From: Salpingoeca rosetta
Taxonomy: Eukaryota > Protista > Choanoflagellata
Length of the DNA: 64,000 nt
Direction: 5' to 3'
Assembly (NCBI GenBank): GCA_033442325.1
Contig: JAWQFM010000001.1
Span: 3,389,711 to 3,453,710 of the forward strand
The translations under genes and the position numbers were made by a program. The notes under the pieces are model-generated. The model searched no databases, had not been told where the DNA came from, and saw nothing but the letters and a program-made list of their open reading frames with translations. Positions 60,901-64,000 of this stretch are shown piece after piece. The first letter of the stretch is position 1. Every line of letters begins with the position of its first letter.

Positions 60901-61860
60901 TGTGAGTGTGCGTGTTGTGTGAGTGTGCGTGTTGTGTGAGTGTGCGTGTTGTGTGGTGCGTGTGTGCAGCTCCATCTCTTTAAATGTGCAAGTAACAAGC
61001 CCACCGATTGGTGTTCGCCGGTGAAGTTCCAGTGCGGCAGCGACGTGAACTTGGTGCGATAATACCGCGCAGCCATCTCCATAAACCTGAACAGTGCACA
61101 CCAACAATACAGCAGCCACGTGAGTGCATGCAACCAAAAGCCAAACCACAACAAATAAAACCACACAACAAGAGGGCACACAAAACAAACCCCAATCCAA
61201 ACAAACCCCAAAACAAAAACAAAAATTTAAACAAAACGAACCTGTAGAGGGTGTGTGCATCAAAGGTGCCACCGCGGGCGTGCTGGACAAAGCCCTCGCA
61301 CCCACGCATGACAACAGGGGAGGCTGTCTCGCCACGTGTGCTGCACTCCTGCAGATAGCGCATGGCCGTCGCAACAGCGCCGCTGCTGCCGTGAACAGGT
61401 GCACTTCCGCTCCCACTGCCACCGCTCGTGGTGGTGTTGGTGTTGGTTCGGATGCTGCTGCTGCGCCTGCTGATGGTTCCCGCATCTCCGTCGCTGCCGC
61501 TGCCGCTGGTGGTGTGCGCGTTCTTGTTTGCATAGTCGCCATCACCTGCTGTGTGCGTGTGCTCGTGTGCGGGGTCGATGGGGTCGATGGGGTCGATTGC
61601 GCGGGAGGGGAGCGTGACCTCGTGCTGCGGCACCGGGTACGGCCAGAACCGCTTGGACGTGAACTGCCCCGCGCCTGTGGTGGTGGTGGTGGTGGTGGTG
61701 GTGGGGGGGGGGGGGGGCCGACGATGAGTGGAAGTGAGAGTTGGGGGGGGGGGCAACATGTGCGCCAATGGGATGAAAAAGCATGCAATAGTGTAGGGTG
61801 ATGTCAAACAGAGAAGCCCACAATCTCCCAAACGACGAAAGGGATCACATCCCAGCACGG

Positions 61861-61943
<83 letters not shown>

Positions 61944-64000
61944 AACCTCTCGGAGTGGTTGACTCGTAGCCGTGGCCGGCATAGAACGGCGAGCGCTGTG
62001 TCTCGAGTCGGTCGCTGTGCCGGGCGAGGGCCTCCTCCAGCTCCTCCACGTGCCGCGCCATCGACTCGTCAAGCACCATGCTCGACGGCCGTGGCAGCAC
62101 CCGGAACAGCGGCACCTCCGCAACCTCGTGGAACCGGTACAGGCTGTTGGGCGACACGTCCGGCGCATGCATGGGGTGGCCCATGACGTGGTCCATGGTG
62201 TTGTGGTCGTCGCCATTTGACTGCACTTCGTCGTCGTCGCTGTGCGCGTAACCACCATGGCCCGGTGCCTGGTGGCGTGCCGTCGCATGCGGTGCGTCCA
62301 CGTTGGTGATGATGGACGACGCTGCCGACAGCCCGCTGGTGTTGGGGGACGCACCCTCGACTGCGTGGCTGCGGAAGTGGCTGGAGAAACTGAAATCGCT
62401 CATGCTCAGGTCCTGCCGCTGCTGTTGGTCTCCGTCCACATTTGTAATGGTGACATCACCATCATTGGAAGCAGGAGCAGCATCAGTGGCAACATGATCA
62501 CGATCAGCGCCTCTGGTTACGTGTTGCTCGTCGTGGTGTGGGAGCGGGTGCAGCCCAACAACTTGGGCGTGTTCAAGGAGAGCCGTGTCCATCTCGAGGT
62601 CGGTCGGGTGCGCTGCCAGCGCAGCATCGTCGTCCGCGCTGTTGTCATCATTGTTGCCAGCATTGCCTGCGGGCAACAGAGCGCGTGCAACGGGGCGGCT
62701 GCCCTTTGGGGTGGAATGGAACGCAGCCGCTGTCGCTGACGATGCGGTTGCTGGTGGTGGTGATGATGGTTGTGGTGATGAATGCGAGGAGAGCACTGCT
62801 GCTTCGGTATCGTCATGCACGCTCGTGTCGTTGGTGTCATTTCTTGCTTGCTGGTCATCAGCGCCATTGCGCGGACAAACGTTGACGGCTGGAACCCCGC
62901 TTCGCACAGGCGTGCCGAGGGAGGGCCGGCTCTCACCATCGCTCGACACGTACCCACCACACACGTGCACGTCGCTTTCGAACGACTGCACAGTTCGCTG
63001 TTTCCGCGACTCGTGCAATGGTGTGTGTGTGGTGGCATCGTGGACAGACACCTCCGCATGCGGCACTGATTCGTCGTCACTGTCGTCATGGTGGTGGTGG
63101 TGGTGATGGTGGTGGTGGTCCGTTGCGTGCATGTGGTGTGACGCCGTGTCAGCGCGTGCATCATCCTCGTCACGACCGCTGCTGCTGTTGCTGTGTTTCA
63201 CGCCATCAAAGCCGTCATCAACGTCGTCGTCGGCGTCAGTGGCGAGGCCCTGCACGTCGCTGGTGCTGTCGTCGGCAACCGCCTCCGTGTCATCGCCGCT
63301 GCTCGGGCCCGACATGCGCACCCCGCTCGGCAGGTGCAGGTCGTAGTCGTCGTCGTCAAGCCGCATCAGGAACGCGCGCTGACGACGCTGCTCGTGCTCG
63401 TCCATGTTTGCGCCGTCAGCCTTGCCAGCAGCGGCAACACCACGCCCGACCCCGGGCTGGTGGTGCTGGTGTACGTGCACGGGTGCGCCGGTGGACACCG
63501 TGACCAGGTCACCGCCGGCAACGAGCGGGCTGCCGTGTCGACGCGTGCGCTGTGCACCATCTCCCTGCAGAGATGAGAGCGCCAGAGACCGCAGTACATC
63601 ACGCACGCCTTCCTCGTCGGAGTCAAGCCCGCTCGCACAGCTCTCAAATGCGAGCGACGCGCAGTCGCTCTCCTCAGTGCTGTCGCCGTGTGTGGATACA
63701 TGTACGTGCGCGTGCCTGTGCTGACGTGCTGTGCTGCTGGCATTGCTCTCAACCTCGTGGTCGCTGTGCTCAACACCAACACCGCCGTTCACCACGACCA
63801 TGGTGCCGTTGGCGCTGGCGTTCGTGTGCACTGCCGCTGCGGCGGTGGAGGTAGTTGCGGTGTTGGTGTGGTCCAGGCTGGTGTTGCAGCTTGAGAGCAT
63901 CTCAAGGTCCGCTGTGGCGACGGCAGACTCGAGCTGCCCCCGCGCGCCGTCACTGTTGCTGCTGCTGTTGTTGTTGTTGTTCGTGTTGCTGCTGCTGGTG
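57106..64000 (-). CDS. Rap/Ran-GAP domain protein (RAP1GAP/SIPA1-like) with long acidic N-terminus and C-terminal coiled coil; 5' end lies beyond the window
   Basis: ARYYRTKF...HWNFTG, RLIAVDEH...FKVALLHV, FAGYKGDL...SLYTAFDEKEIMFHVVSMM, RRLVGTSLVSVVF, QLLHVFIVVQ, VPWFDP, WVLNKIVNAE (58989-58918); ends LELNMPAEV*. Frame is open to position 64000. Confidence 0.88.
60745..60965. repeat. (GAGT)n/(GT)n compound microsatellite
   Basis: Seen directly. Confidence 0.9.

Overview
Intron-rich eukaryotic genomic DNA saturated with (CA)n/(TG)n microsatellites, with two 100-N assembly gaps. Gene content and intron style suggest a choanoflagellate such as Salpingoeca rosetta (inference, not proven). Most listed ORFs are microsatellite artefacts, so real genes were rebuilt by hand from exon fragments with GT..AG boundaries; family assignments rest on recalled protein motifs, not database searches. 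Gene order: 5' end of an unknown gene (-), PDZ-like/RhoGAP (-), mitochondrial ATP synthase beta (-), tweety (-), uncharacterised polyproline + helical-domain protein (+), PSMB3 (-), CYFIP/Sra1 (+), WW-ZGPAT (-), uncharacterised IQ-motif protein (+), EXOC1/Sec3 (+), and a RapGAP-domain protein (-) running off the window. Best leads: (1) the 20175-26490 protein resembles plant CHUP1 (polyproline plus CHUP1-C-like domain) and has a D-box and a CDE/CHR-like promoter, suggesting a cell-cycle-regulated actin nucleator; (2) a second orphan with D-box, KEN, IQ, PP1-docking motifs and an E2F/CHR promoter; (3) a structured ncRNA candidate in an ATP synthase beta intron; (4) a RapGAP lacking the catalytic Asn; (5) polarised UG...CA repeats in introns whose acceptors lack pyrimidine tracts.
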